DNA of 42,897 nt from a virus (IMGVR_UViG_3300010358_000005:1-42897), one strand, 5' to 3'; shown: positions 8,286 to 17,233, counted from the first letter of the stretch. The notes: generated from the letters alone by a model not told the origin. Made by a program: numbers and translations.

Positions 8286-8752
8286 CCGAAGAGAAAGAAA
8301 CCGGCTACGAGATCAACCTCGTGGTGCAGCTTGAGGACGACGGCGATTGGGATCTCCTCGCTCACGCCGTGCACCCCTGGCGGGAGCAGCAAGTCGCCTC
8401 AGGCACCGACATGAACGGCGAGCGGGACATGCAGTTCCACATCGACACTGCCGAAGAGGCACCCATGTTCATCGCCAGGGTGCGCCACGCTCTTGATGAC
8501 GCTGGCCTGAGCTCGCAGATCGTCAAGCTGGAGCTCGTGGACAAAGAGCGGCTGTGGGTCGACACCCTGGAGACGGCGCTCATCATCGATGTGCCTGAGC
8601 ATCGAGGCCAGGTGTTGGTCCGCATCCCCGGCAGGCACTTCAAGCAGGAGGAGATCCAGATCGACTTCCGCCCCGATCCTGGGGCCGTCTGGACCCCGTC
8701 CGCATTCTTCCCCAACAACGTGACGGTGCGCTGGCATGGAGGGGATCTCTGA
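8282..8752 (+). CDS. hypothetical protein
   Basis: ATGA coupling. Confidence 0.65.
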   Translation: MTEEKETGYEINLVVQLEDDGDWDLLAHAVHPWREQQVASGTDMNGERDMQFHIDTAEEAPMFIARVRHALDDAGLSSQIVKLELVDKERLWVDTLETALIIDVPEHRGQVLVRIPGRHFKQEEIQIDFRPDPGAVWTPSAFFPNNVTVRWHGGDL

Positions 8753-8898
8753 TGCGGCTGGTCTGGAGCTATATCTGGCGCTGCCCATTCTGCGGCAACA
8801 GCCAGAACATCGAGGGCAAAGTGTGCACCAACCCCAAGTGCATGCGCCTGGAGAGCTCGCTGTCGCAGCGCACACCTATGGAAGTGATGGTGCGCTGA
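8752..8898 (+). CDS. small Zn-ribbon protein (48 aa)
   Basis: Hand translation MRLVWSYIWRCPFCGNSQNIEGKVCTNPKC...; TGATG coupling at both ends. Confidence 0.6.
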   Translation: MRLVWSYIWRCPFCGNSQNIEGKVCTNPKCMRLESSLSQRTPMEVMVR

Positions 8899-9212
8899 TG
8901 ACTGACACGCAACCGCTCTTCGCCAAGAGCCTGAAAGAGAACCGCCAGATCAAGCTGGTCTGCCCTGAGTGCGGCTGCAACCTGCGTGGTGGGCTGGAAG
9001 ACAGCACTGAAATCTCCGGGGAGCGGGACGGCTCCAACTGGAGAGTGCAGATCCCGCTGGAGTGCGTGGATGATTCCTGTGAGGTGAAATGGTGGTGGCT
9101 GGTGGTGCGCTCGCCGGTCATCCCTCGCCAGGCCCGAGAGAACGACTTCACGGTGATGAAGATCGAGCGCCGGGACGACTTCGATCCGATACCAGGGAGT
9201 GACGGTGACTGA
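8898..9212 (+). CDS. hypothetical protein (CPECG)
   Basis: TGATG coupling. Confidence 0.6.
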   Translation: MTDTQPLFAKSLKENRQIKLVCPECGCNLRGGLEDSTEISGERDGSNWRVQIPLECVDDSCEVKWWWLVVRSPVIPRQARENDFTVMKIERRDDFDPIPGSDGD

Positions 9213-10044
9213 CAAACAGAACCTGCTGGTGGTCGATTGGGATTTCTTCTTCCCCTCCAAAGAGGGCGACCCCGCCATCGATGAGACTGGCGAATGGATG
9301 CTGTGGGATTGGGGCCACTCCGAAACCATGTCATTCATGCTGGAGCACATCTGGATCGGGCGAGCCGCAGCCTTCAAGGCCAACGGCATCCCTCGCCCCG
9401 AAATGAACAGCGAGTGGATGGACTTTTGGGATCGCTTCAACATCCATGAGGAAGCCGTCCTGTACTTCGCTGACTCCAACAGCCAGGCTTACGACCCCAC
9501 CGTGCAGAGCTCCTGGGCTGCCAAGACCGGCTCGGTGTGGCTGTACGACGCCCACCATGACTCTGGCTACAACAAGACCGTGCCCGAGATCTTTGAGCGG
9601 GGCACGGTCACCTGTGAGGACTGGATGGTGCCCTACCGCTACCAGCACCAGGCTGAGCTCCACGTCCGCTACCCACGCTGGAAGCATTGGGCGTTTGAGG
9701 TTGAGCCCGAAGCTGCCATCCCCGGCCTGGACCGTCAGTTCGATGACGGCGAGCCCAACCCGGTGGAGTTCCACACCATCTTCGTGTGCCGCTCCGGGGC
9801 CTGGGTGCCGCCCTGGTGCGACGAGGACTTCCATGACTTCGTGTACGCCGCCCCGGTGGGCGAGCTCTACGAAGTGGCCCCCTGCGACCAGCGAGAGTGG
9901 AGTGAGGAGCTCGTGGAGAAGCACGAGATCCAGATGCGCCAGCTTGAGGAGCTCCAGAAAAAATCTCCTGCTGAGCTACAAAAAATCTTGACACTTGATG
10001 AGACAGGCTCCCTTGAAGTAGGTGACGACGACGAAGGGAGGTGA
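9199..10044 (+). CDS. arginase/ureohydrolase-fold metallohydrolase-like protein
   Basis: LLVVDWDFF, YDAHHDSGY, CEDW, CRSGAWVPPW. Confidence 0.55.
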   Translation: MTVTDKQNLLVVDWDFFFPSKEGDPAIDETGEWMLWDWGHSETMSFMLEHIWIGRAAAFKANGIPRPEMNSEWMDFWDRFNIHEEAVLYFADSNSQAYDPTVQSSWAAKTGSVWLYDAHHDSGYNKTVPEIFERGTVTCEDWMVPYRYQHQAELHVRYPRWKHWAFEVEPEAAIPGLDRQFDDGEPNPVEFHTIFVCRSGAWVPPWCDEDFHDFVYAAPVGELYEVAPCDQREWSEELVEKHEIQMRQLEELQKKSPAELQKILTLDETGSLEVGDDDEGR

Positions 10045-10047
10045 ACA

Positions 10048-10476
10048 ATGAGCAAGGAATCACCGTTTTACGCAATACCGGGCGGCGTGGACATCGCTCG
10101 CTTCTTCGTGGAGGAGTGGTGCGCCAAGTTCGACGGCCAGGGCTGTGAGGGCATGCCGCTCTGGAGGGAGGGGCGTGCCTACAGCTACATGTGGCTGGAA
10201 GCCAAGGTCGACCATGACCTGGAGCAGTACTTCCTCCTCGACATCCGCACCGCCAAGGGTGAGGAGTCCTTCGATGAGACGAGGGACTACCTCTTCGTGG
10301 CCTGCGGCGTGGGCATCCATGGTGAAGTCGAGTGCGAGTGGCACAACAAGCCGGTGCCATTCGGGGCCGACTTCGACACCCACCTGGACCGGCTCAACGA
10401 CGGGCTGAAATGGTTCGTCGGCCAGGTGGTGGAGTACACCGAACGCATCAGCGAGGCGGCTTCTCCTCAGTCCTAG
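10048..10476 (+). CDS. hypothetical protein
   Basis: GGAGGT RBS. Confidence 0.7.
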   Translation: MSKESPFYAIPGGVDIARFFVEEWCAKFDGQGCEGMPLWREGRAYSYMWLEAKVDHDLEQYFLLDIRTAKGEESFDETRDYLFVACGVGIHGEVECEWHNKPVPFGADFDTHLDRLNDGLKWFVGQVVEYTERISEAASPQS

Positions 10477-10606
10477 CTATGAACGGCCACACCACACCGA
10501 ATGGCTCAGCCGTCCAGGTGTGGCAGTGGCCGCAGTAGCCCTCCTCGATGTCATGCGGGTTGTGGCTGACCATGCCGCAACGAGGGCATTTAAAGGACTC
10601 GGTCAC
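10448..10606 (-). CDS. small Zn-ribbon protein (52 aa)
   Basis: Hand translation MTESFKCPRCGMVSHNPHDIEEGYCGHCH...; GTGA coupling. Confidence 0.7.
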   Translation of the reverse strand: MTESFKCPRCGMVSHNPHDIEEGYCGHCHTWTAEPFGVVWPFIARTEEKPPR

Positions 10607-11235
10607 GGCTGTAAAGCCGGGTGGTCACCAGGCTGGTGCGGGAGCTCCTCGATGCGCTCGATGGTGTAGAGCGGGTAAGCCCGCTCCCGGTAGTCATCCA
10701 GCAAGAGGTAGGGCGAGCCGCCGTGCTGATCCTTGACGTGGGTCAGGACACCCTTGGCGGGCTGCCAGTCCACATTGAAGGTCAGCTTCACATAGTGACC
10801 GATCAGAGCCTCAGCGTCCTGCCTAGAGGGGTGGCCCATATTGGCCCGTGCTTCCTCTATGAAGGCCTTTTGGTACCTGGGTTCGGATCTGTTCTTAGCG
10901 GGGCTCCTGCGGCGATTTAGGGGGTTCTCAGAGGCAGCCACAAGGGAGGACGAGCCCTGACTTGTGGGCACCGGCTGACCCACATCTCCGTAAGCGTTAC
11001 GGAGAGACGACTCGGTGACCTCCACCTCAGGGACGTAGGGCTCACCCCTCTTGCGCTCCACCAGGACCGCAGCCAGGTCAGCCATGGCGTCCCAAAACTG
11101 CTCGGACAGGTCGTTCTTCTCCAGGCTGTCCTCAGCCATCCAGGCCATGACGGCTCGATGGGCCGCATCCCGTAGAGGATCGATGCGGCGGGCATGGGAG
11201 TGCCGGTCCAGCTTCTCCTGGTAGGCGTCGCTCAT
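10603..11235 (-). CDS. hypothetical protein
   Basis: Start ATG 11235 coupled to the upstream stop. Confidence 0.65.
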   Translation of the reverse strand: MSDAYQEKLDRHSHARRIDPLRDAAHRAVMAWMAEDSLEKNDLSEQFWDAMADLAAVLVERKRGEPYVPEVEVTESSLRNAYGDVGQPVPTSQGSSSLVAASENPLNRRRSPAKNRSEPRYQKAFIEEARANMGHPSRQDAEALIGHYVKLTFNVDWQPAKGVLTHVKDQHGGSPYLLLDDYRERAYPLYTIERIEELPHQPGDHPALQP

Positions 11236-11630
11236 GGTGAAAAGATCACATCCTCCTGGTAGTGGGCAGCCGCCTTCAAGCCCTGCACAAACTGCTGAGT
11301 GAAGAGCACCCACCGCATCATGTTCTGCTTCATCATGGGTGACACGAGCTCCTCCAGACGAGAGGCCAGGGCCGGGGCATGCTTCCACTGGATGATGCCA
11401 CTCTGCTCGTGGTGCACCAGCACGATGATGAGGGGATCGTCAGGGGCCCCGTAAGGCCAGGCTCCATCCATGTCCTCGTCACTGTAGAGATCGAAGTCAA
11501 GGCGGGGGATCATGGGCCCGCCCTGGTTACGGAAGTCATGCACGCCGTAGCCCGCCGCCTGGGCCCACACACAGCGCAGGTCATCGAAGATGACCTCGTG
11601 GCCCGAGAAGCAGCCGTGGCTAACTTCCAC
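11232..11630 (-). CDS. conserved phage hypothetical protein
   Basis: SHGCFSG..LIIVLVHHEQSG..LASRLEEL; start uncertain. Confidence 0.6.
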   Translation of the reverse strand: MEVSHGCFSGHEVIFDDLRCVWAQAAGYGVHDFRNQGGPMIPRLDFDLYSDEDMDGAWPYGAPDDPLIIVLVHHEQSGIIQWKHAPALASRLEELVSPMMKQNMMRWVLFTQQFVQGLKAAAHYQEDVIFSP

Positions 11631-12252
11631 TGCGCTCGTACTCAGCCCACTCGACGCCCGGTAGCTGTAGCTGGCCGATGGGAGCCTGGCCGTAGCGGCT
11701 CGACGTAGGGCCGTCCTGGCCCTGGTAGTGCGAGCGCCGCTGGGGATGGCCGTAGGGCCACTCACTGGCCCGAGACAGGGTCACGAACCGCATCTGAGCG
11801 ATGATCAACCCCGGCACCAGGCGGATCGAGACGGGGCTGATATTGCTGATTTCAAGGGTGGCTGTGCCCTTAAAACCGGGGTCAAAGAAGCCTGCGGTGG
11901 CGTGCACCTGGAGGCCCAGGCGACCGATGCTGGACTTGCCGGTGAGCTCACCGGCCAGGTCAGCCGGGAAGCTGAACGTCTCCATCGAGGAGCCCAGGAC
12001 AAACTCACCAGGCCGCAGATACCACTCGATGCCCTCGATGTCGACTTCCTGGGTGTACTCCACCAGGTTGGTGGGATCGAGATATTTCAGGTGAGGATCG
12101 AACACCCGGAGCCGAGGGCCCAACGACATCTCGTAGCTGGCCGGTTGGAGACGGTCGAGGTGCCAGGGATCGATGCCCAGGTGCAGGGAATGCCCGCTCT
12201 TGTGGTTGATACGCCGATTGAAGATGTCGACGCTCTCCAAGAGCCCGTTCAT
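11620..12252 (-). CDS. dcd: dCTP deaminase
   Basis: LQPASYEMSLG, LRPGEFVLG, GKSSIGRLGLQVHATAGFFDPGFKGTATLEISN, YQGQ. Confidence 0.92.
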   Translation of the reverse strand: MNGLLESVDIFNRRINHKSGHSLHLGIDPWHLDRLQPASYEMSLGPRLRVFDPHLKYLDPTNLVEYTQEVDIEGIEWYLRPGEFVLGSSMETFSFPADLAGELTGKSSIGRLGLQVHATAGFFDPGFKGTATLEISNISPVSIRLVPGLIIAQMRFVTLSRASEWPYGHPQRRSHYQGQDGPTSSRYGQAPIGQLQLPGVEWAEYERSGS

Positions 12253-12497
12253 CCGCTCTGCCCTCCGCTCTGGCCGGTCACCAGGCCCAACGGGATGATG
12301 GACGGGATGCTGTGCACATTCGACGCCGGTATAGGGATCCAACCAGTGGCCGTCTGAATGTGGAACTGGCCCAACTGCCAGCCTCCGGGCATGTTGGGCA
12401 CGATCTTGGCCGGATCACTTGCTAAGCCGTACATCTGCGTGTAGCTGATGCCCCGGATGATGTGACCATCCACAGTCTTGAGCTCTACCTGAATCAT
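12249..12497 (-). CDS. hypothetical protein
   Basis: ATGA coupling at both ends. Confidence 0.6.
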   Translation of the reverse strand: MIQVELKTVDGHIIRGISYTQMYGLASDPAKIVPNMPGGWQLGQFHIQTATGWIPIPASNVHSIPSIIPLGLVTGQSGGQSG

Positions 12498-13042
12498 GAT
12501 GTGCTCCCATCTGGCGTTACCACGAACGTGGTGGTGGCGGTCATGTCGATGCGGTTGGGCGTCGAGTCCCCGTCGATGGTCATGTAGGCCACCACGTCCA
12601 TAGAGACGCCTGCGGTCACATAGGGCTGCACATCGCCATCCACAGTCATGCTAGTGTCAGCCTCCATGGACACACCCGGCATGGGATCGCTGGCGTTGAT
12701 GATCATGGCTGTGTCCACCGTCATAAACACCTGAGAGCCAGGCATATCGACATGGGGCGGGGAGGGCTGGATCGATCCTGGGGGCAGGTAGGGCTGGCCC
12801 TGGCTCACGAAGCTGAACACCCAGGACCGGTCCCACACATCCCCTGGCCCCGGTGGCGGGCCCTCTCCGACCACGGCATAGGTGGTGATCAGGCTGATGG
12901 CGACCACGTTGCCGTCCTGGTCAAAGCTCTGCTTGGAGGGCTGGTAGAAGGTCATGGTCTGGCCCGGAACGTCGGCGCACTGCTGCACCACCTGTTCCTC
13001 GCCGTCGAGCGGCCCTCCCTCCAGGATCATCAAGACGCTCAT
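12494..13042 (-). CDS. hypothetical protein with C-terminal Met-containing beta-type repeats
   Basis: GGPLDG; repeats VFMTVDTAMIIN / VSMEADTSMTVDG / VSMDVVAYMTIDG; TAGCCT 6 nt before ATG. Confidence 0.65.
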   Translation of the reverse strand: MSVLMILEGGPLDGEEQVVQQCADVPGQTMTFYQPSKQSFDQDGNVVAISLITTYAVVGEGPPPGPGDVWDRSWVFSFVSQGQPYLPPGSIQPSPPHVDMPGSQVFMTVDTAMIINASDPMPGVSMEADTSMTVDGDVQPYVTAGVSMDVVAYMTIDGDSTPNRIDMTATTTFVVTPDGSTS

Positions 13043-13139
13043 GGGGCCAGGCTAGGGAGCCTGACGAGCTCAGATGAGCCACCGGGGAATTTTCCCCGGC
13101 AGGCCTTCTGGCGAGCTCCGACCTGTCAGGCTCAGCCCC

Positions 13140-13412
13140 ATGATGCACATCGACTCAGACGTAACCGAAGCCAAGTATCTCGTTCAAAAGAGGGACGGCA
13201 CCCCGGTAGACGATGCCGTGGTTATACGGCTCAAGGATCCGTTCGCAGCGACCGCTCTGCACACCTATTGCAGTGCCATCCTGACCGTGCTGGATCTCAT
13301 GAAGGATGACATGACCGAGGAGGAATATCAGCGGATGCTGGACGTGGCCGACTACTTCCACCAACAAGCCGTTACCTCTTCCCAGATTAAGGGCAAGCGA
13401 TTCCCCGATTAG
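13140..13412 (+). CDS. conserved phage hypothetical protein
   Basis: KYLVQKRDG..VIRLKDPFAATALHTY. Confidence 0.65.
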   Translation: MMHIDSDVTEAKYLVQKRDGTPVDDAVVIRLKDPFAATALHTYCSAILTVLDLMKDDMTEEEYQRMLDVADYFHQQAVTSSQIKGKRFPD

Positions 13413-13832
13413 ATGGACACCAGGGCACTCAAGAGGTTCCAGGCCAAGGTTCGGAAGAACCTACAGACAGGCTGCTGGATCTGGATCGCAGGCAAGAACC
13501 AGGATGGTTACGGCTCTTTCTGGCTCAATGGGCCACAGAAGGCTCACAGAGTGTCTTACGAGCACTTCGTGAATCCGATCCCTGCTGACACAGAGATCGA
13601 TCACTTATGCGGCAACCGGCTGTGTGTGAACCCTCAGCACCTGGAAGCTGTGACCCATCTGACCAACCTGTGGAGATCACCCACCTGGATGGGCAATCGC
13701 ACCCACTGTCCCAAGGGTCACGAGCTAACCCCGGAGAACATCTTCCCGTGCGACCAAAAACGTGGCGTACGACGGTGCGCTCAATGTCACCGCATAGACC
13801 AGCGGGCGAGGAGAGAGAAGACACGGCAGTGA
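13413..13832 (+). CDS. HNH endonuclease
   Basis: GCWIW, GYG.F, AHRVSY, IDHLCGNRLCVNPQHLEAVT...N, THCPKGH..C..C. Confidence 0.9.
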   Translation: MDTRALKRFQAKVRKNLQTGCWIWIAGKNQDGYGSFWLNGPQKAHRVSYEHFVNPIPADTEIDHLCGNRLCVNPQHLEAVTHLTNLWRSPTWMGNRTHCPKGHELTPENIFPCDQKRGVRRCAQCHRIDQRARREKTRQ

Positions 13833-13978
13833 AGTGGCTCCGTTGGAGGTGGCGGCTGTGGCGAGCTCGGCATTACGCCTGGCGAGCCTGGGTCGACTTA
13901 TGTGAGAACCGGGGCGGGCACGGTCAGTGGGAACGAGCCACTCACCGAGTCGAGCAGATTCGGCTAGAAGGGCCCTAA
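13829..13978 (+). CDS. small W/R-rich hypothetical protein
   Basis: GTGA coupling. Confidence 0.4.
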   Translation: MKWLRWRWRLWRARHYAWRAWVDLCENRGGHGQWERATHRVEQIRLEGP

Positions 13979-14103
13979 GACCCAAGTATGGCGAATAGGA
14001 TCCCCAGGCAGAAGCCCACCAACACCACAACGGTGGCCCCGACCATAAAGAGAATCCAGATTGCGGCTCGGCTGGCGTTATCCCATCGTGCGTCGAACCG
14101 CAT
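13975..14103 (-). CDS. small membrane protein
   Basis: Hydrophobic run IWILFMVGATVVVLVGFCLGILFAIL; start uncertain. Confidence 0.4.
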   Translation of the reverse strand: MRFDARWDNASRAAIWILFMVGATVVVLVGFCLGILFAILGS

Positions 14104-15508
14104 CCTCTGCCCGGTCTGGATCGACTCGACGCAATGTCTCCGCTCGTTCCGCCCCGAACAGTCTCGACAACACACCCGCCTGCGCCCGTCCCTCTACAGT
14201 GACCTTCAAGAAATCTCTGTTGTCTTGAATGTCTTTCACTGACTGCGTCATCCGCATCATCCGGTCGAGCTCAGCCGACAGGTTGGCGTCAGGGTAGCCA
14301 CCCTGAAGCTGCTCTGACATGAAGCCGAAGGCCACTCTTTGCGCCTGCATCTCTAGGAGGCTGTGGAGAACACCTAGTAGTTGGTCACGGTTGCGGATCT
14401 CCACCGGGATCGAGTAGCGGCAGTCAGCCCCTGGCTCAAACAGCGGGCAGACCACGGCCAGCGAGCAGGAGTCACATTTCCGCAGGCCAGCGGTCGTCAT
14501 GGTGGCGACCCGACTGGTCACCTCGACAGTGCCGGGACCGTCCGGGTTCTGGATGGTGCTGGTGACCGGGTGGAAGTCGAAGACGGGGATGGGGCGCACG
14601 TTTTCATGCAGGAGGGCCGGGGTGTGACCAACTACGTCGACCGGCACAGGTGCCGAATCGGGATCACGCTTGGTGGACCCATTAGTTAGTCCCGCCCCCT
14701 TCCTCGTCAGCCTGATGGGCTCCCGTCCTGCCATAGCTGCCTCCATCTGCCTCCAGGCCCACACCGTGTAGCGAGCGATCTCCCTGGAGTTGTCGTCAAG
14801 GATCTTCTCTGCATCGAACCCGGCCTGGATGAAGTGCTGCCGGTGCCGGGTGCGGACCCTTATCTTCTCATCACTTGGGTAGCGTCTTAAACGGTTCTGA
14901 TCCCAAATAACCGTCTCTCCCCAGCGGGTGGGAGAGATCCAGCTAGAGCTCACGATGGTCCGGTAGAGCCCTCCAGGGGCGTCATAGGGATGGCTGAAGC
15001 TGAGCCCGTGCAGGTTTATTCTCGTGCGCCTTACCAGCCCACTCAGTACGTTCTGAGTGCGTTGCGAGATAGGAGGCACACCGAGGTTGGGGTGCGCCTC
15101 AACCATTGAGCGCAGCAGAGGCGCACCCCACTCTTCATGCCAGACAGGGACTACCTTATCCTGGCCGTCCCATATCTGACGTTGACGTAGTACCCATTCC
15201 AGACCCAAGTCCAAGGGGTCGTACTCGGTGAAGTAGGCCAGCCGATCCAGGTTGGCACGAATGAAGTCGAAGTAGGCCTCAAAGAATTCCTCATGCTGAG
15301 CAAGGGTCCACTCCTTCTTGGAGGTGCCTGCACTGCCCGAGATCAGGAAGATCTTCTGCTCGTCAGGGAAGTGGTCAGCCAGCAGCCACCGGCCCTGAGG
15401 CAGGCGGGGGCGTAGGTGGAGGAAGTTGACTGCTACATGAGGCACATGTTCCTCTGTCAGCAACTTCCTCCACGTTGGTACTTCTGCCCCAGCGAAATAG
15501 AGCTCCAT
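14078..15508 (-). CDS. TGT/DpdA-like TIM-barrel-like protein, probably degenerate, with C-terminal Cys cluster
   Basis: LYFAGAE, FLISGS, EYD, PVWH, LHGLS, VSSSW..RWG, then CDSCSLAVVCP..C; fold call from motif memory. Confidence 0.5.
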   Translation of the reverse strand: MELYFAGAEVPTWRKLLTEEHVPHVAVNFLHLRPRLPQGRWLLADHFPDEQKIFLISGSAGTSKKEWTLAQHEEFFEAYFDFIRANLDRLAYFTEYDPLDLGLEWVLRQRQIWDGQDKVVPVWHEEWGAPLLRSMVEAHPNLGVPPISQRTQNVLSGLVRRTRINLHGLSFSHPYDAPGGLYRTIVSSSWISPTRWGETVIWDQNRLRRYPSDEKIRVRTRHRQHFIQAGFDAEKILDDNSREIARYTVWAWRQMEAAMAGREPIRLTRKGAGLTNGSTKRDPDSAPVPVDVVGHTPALLHENVRPIPVFDFHPVTSTIQNPDGPGTVEVTSRVATMTTAGLRKCDSCSLAVVCPLFEPGADCRYSIPVEIRNRDQLLGVLHSLLEMQAQRVAFGFMSEQLQGGYPDANLSAELDRMMRMTQSVKDIQDNRDFLKVTVEGRAQAGVLSRLFGAERAETLRRVDPDRAEDAVRRTMG

Positions 15509-15675
15509 CACACCCCTGTATCCAGGCCCATGCGACTAGCTGTACCGGCCTGGCCGATGTCCTCGTCTTCCTTCTCCGGGATCTCATCCCGTAACTTGGT
15601 GGAGTCGACGCTCTTTTCATAGGGCAGATCCGGCACCCCGGAAAACTGCTGGCTGCTCAAAACCTGATGGCTCAT
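15508..15675 (-). CDS. 55-aa acidic peptide with QF leader
   Basis: Hand translation MSHQVLSSQQFSGVPDLPYEKS...; stop/start overlaps at both ends. Confidence 0.7.
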   Translation of the reverse strand: MSHQVLSSQQFSGVPDLPYEKSVDSTKLRDEIPEKEDEDIGQAGTASRMGLDTGV

Positions 15676-15989
15676 CGTGGTGCCCTCGTCATCCTGGTAC
15701 CGAACAGATCCTCACCCTCCGACTGGAACCCCATGGCCCCATACCAGTGCACGAGCTCTGGCCTGGCTGTGTGCAGAGTCAGGCTGGTGTGAGCTCGGTC
15801 ATGCTCCCGAATGAGGTGGTGCATAAAGCGAGTGCCGATGCCCTGGCCCCGGTAATCAGGGCTGACCGACAGGTTGCGAAGGTAGTAGTGGCCGGGTTGG
15901 AACTGGCTCACATGAGCCGTGACATGAGGCTCATGGAGCTCCCCAGTGCGGGGCGCATCGAATTGATGGCTGAGGACTTCCCGGCTCAT
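15672..15989 (-). CDS. GNAT acetyltransferase-like protein with QF leader
   Basis: LSVSPDYRGQGIGT, LTLH, WYGAMGF. Confidence 0.8.
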   Translation of the reverse strand: MSREVLSHQFDAPRTGELHEPHVTAHVSQFQPGHYYLRNLSVSPDYRGQGIGTRFMHHLIREHDRAHTSLTLHTARPELVHWYGAMGFQSEGEDLFGTRMTRAPR

Positions 15990-16303
15990 TAGGCAGGCTT
16001 GTTAACCGGCGTCCCTGCCGTCACGGTGATGTCCTTCATCACACCAGCCACCACATCGATGGAGAGCGAGCCGATGTAGTCACCGGTCCCGTCGTTGTTG
16101 ACATCATTGCTCACTGTCACGGCGGCTGACCCCACCGGGCCGACAGCTACAGCAGTGGCGTGGGAGACATCGTGAACGGTCAGGCTCACGATGGTTTCAT
16201 CCGATGACTTCCACTGCGTGTTGCCGGTGATGTCGACAGGGTTGCCGTAGCTGTCTTCACCTGTGATGGAGAGCTCAGTCTGCTGGTCAGCAGTGAGTTG
16301 CAT
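15989..16303 (-). CDS. Ig-like domain protein (alternative upstream start at 16471)
   Basis: DSYGNPV, WKSSDETIV, G.A.VTV; GAGAGGA before ATG 16303. Confidence 0.65.
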   Translation of the reverse strand: MQLTADQQTELSITGEDSYGNPVDITGNTQWKSSDETIVSLTVHDVSHATAVAVGPVGSAAVTVSNDVNNDGTGDYIGSLSIDVVAGVMKDITVTAGTPVNKPA

Positions 16304-16467
16304 GGTGATGTCCTCTCTTCCTGTTGGAGGGTTTCCCGGTAATCCCGGTCCTGGTTGAGTCTGCTTGGTGGTGACGGGCCCAACGTGCCACTGCCACCTG
16401 AGCGGTGGTGGCTTGGGGATGAGCTCCTCGTGGATCCACTTGTCGTAGCCCCAAGGAGCCTCCAGAC

Positions 16468-16884
16468 TCACTGCTGTCTCCGGGGCAACCGGTCACCGGT
16501 AGAGCGGGCCCAGGCTTCTCCTGACTCAGTGCGTTGGGCTGAGTGCCGGGGCTGAGAGACACCCCGTGTCTCCCCGGCAATGCGGCGTGCCTCACCCAGC
16601 ATGGCCGTGGCAATGCCCTGGCGTTGGTGCTCCGGGTTGGTATATAGACCCAGGATCTCTCCGGTCTTGTGGTGCCAGGAGAACGAGGCAGCAGGAGCCT
16701 GAGCCGGGTCTGCGGAGCGGGGATCCCGTAGCCGTTCACCAGGATGCATCTGTGCGTACTCTGACCCCAGCTTCTCCCGAGGCCATACCTCGACGGTGTG
16801 GTACGGCTTGCCCCCCATCTCCCGGTGCGTCGAGCCGTGGAAGAGGAAGCCAAACTGCTCGGTGTTGAGAGCTCGACTACTCAC
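16468..16884 (-). CDS. GNAT-like protein with QF leader
   Basis: GTG 16884 gives MSSRALNTEQF; LYTNPEHQRQGIATAM, HS..RT..G.AW. Confidence 0.7.
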   Translation of the reverse strand: MSSRALNTEQFGFLFHGSTHREMGGKPYHTVEVWPREKLGSEYAQMHPGERLRDPRSADPAQAPAASFSWHHKTGEILGLYTNPEHQRQGIATAMLGEARRIAGETRGVSQPRHSAQRTESGEAWARSTGDRLPRRQQ

Positions 16885-17233
16885 GCATCCCGACCTCTCT
16901 GAGCACCCGAGGATTACGGGACCGATAACTGACATCCCACCCTTTAACCCCGGCTGTTTCGGGGTCTTTCTCGTGGCCCTCACCGGGGTGGACTTCATAC
17001 ACCGTGGGCGAGCCACCGTGCACCCTGGCAGCCCTCTCGGCATAGCTCTCAGCCTGATACTGACTGGTGGTGTAGTAGACCCTGTCAGGGTCATAGGTGG
17101 CATGGGGCGGATCGAAGCTACGAGCTCCTTCCTGGCCGGGGCCCCGGAGCTCCTGGCCCTCCTGAAAGCGAGCCGAGGTGCCGTGGTAGTAAGGGCCAAG
17201 CTGCTCCTGGTTCAGCGTGGCCTGGCTGGTCAT
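16877..17233 (-). CDS. Arr-like ADP-ribosyltransferase with QF/QL leader
   Basis: YYHGT, VYYTT, VYEVHP, DPE, SYRS..P.V..EV order matches Arr-type ARTs. Confidence 0.72.
   Translation of the reverse strand: MTSQATLNQEQLGPYYHGTSARFQEGQELRGPGQEGARSFDPPHATYDPDRVYYTTSQYQAESYAERAARVHGGSPTVYEVHPGEGHEKDPETAGVKGWDVSYRSRNPRVLREVGMRE

Noticed and set aside
9988-10020. TTGACA as a promoter
   Set aside because: No TANNNT at 16-18 nt spacing, and it lies inside a CDS.
16885-17199. N-terminal extension of ORF 16468..17199
   Set aside because: Fully overlaps the Arr-like gene; GTG 16884 gives normal coupling and the shared leader.
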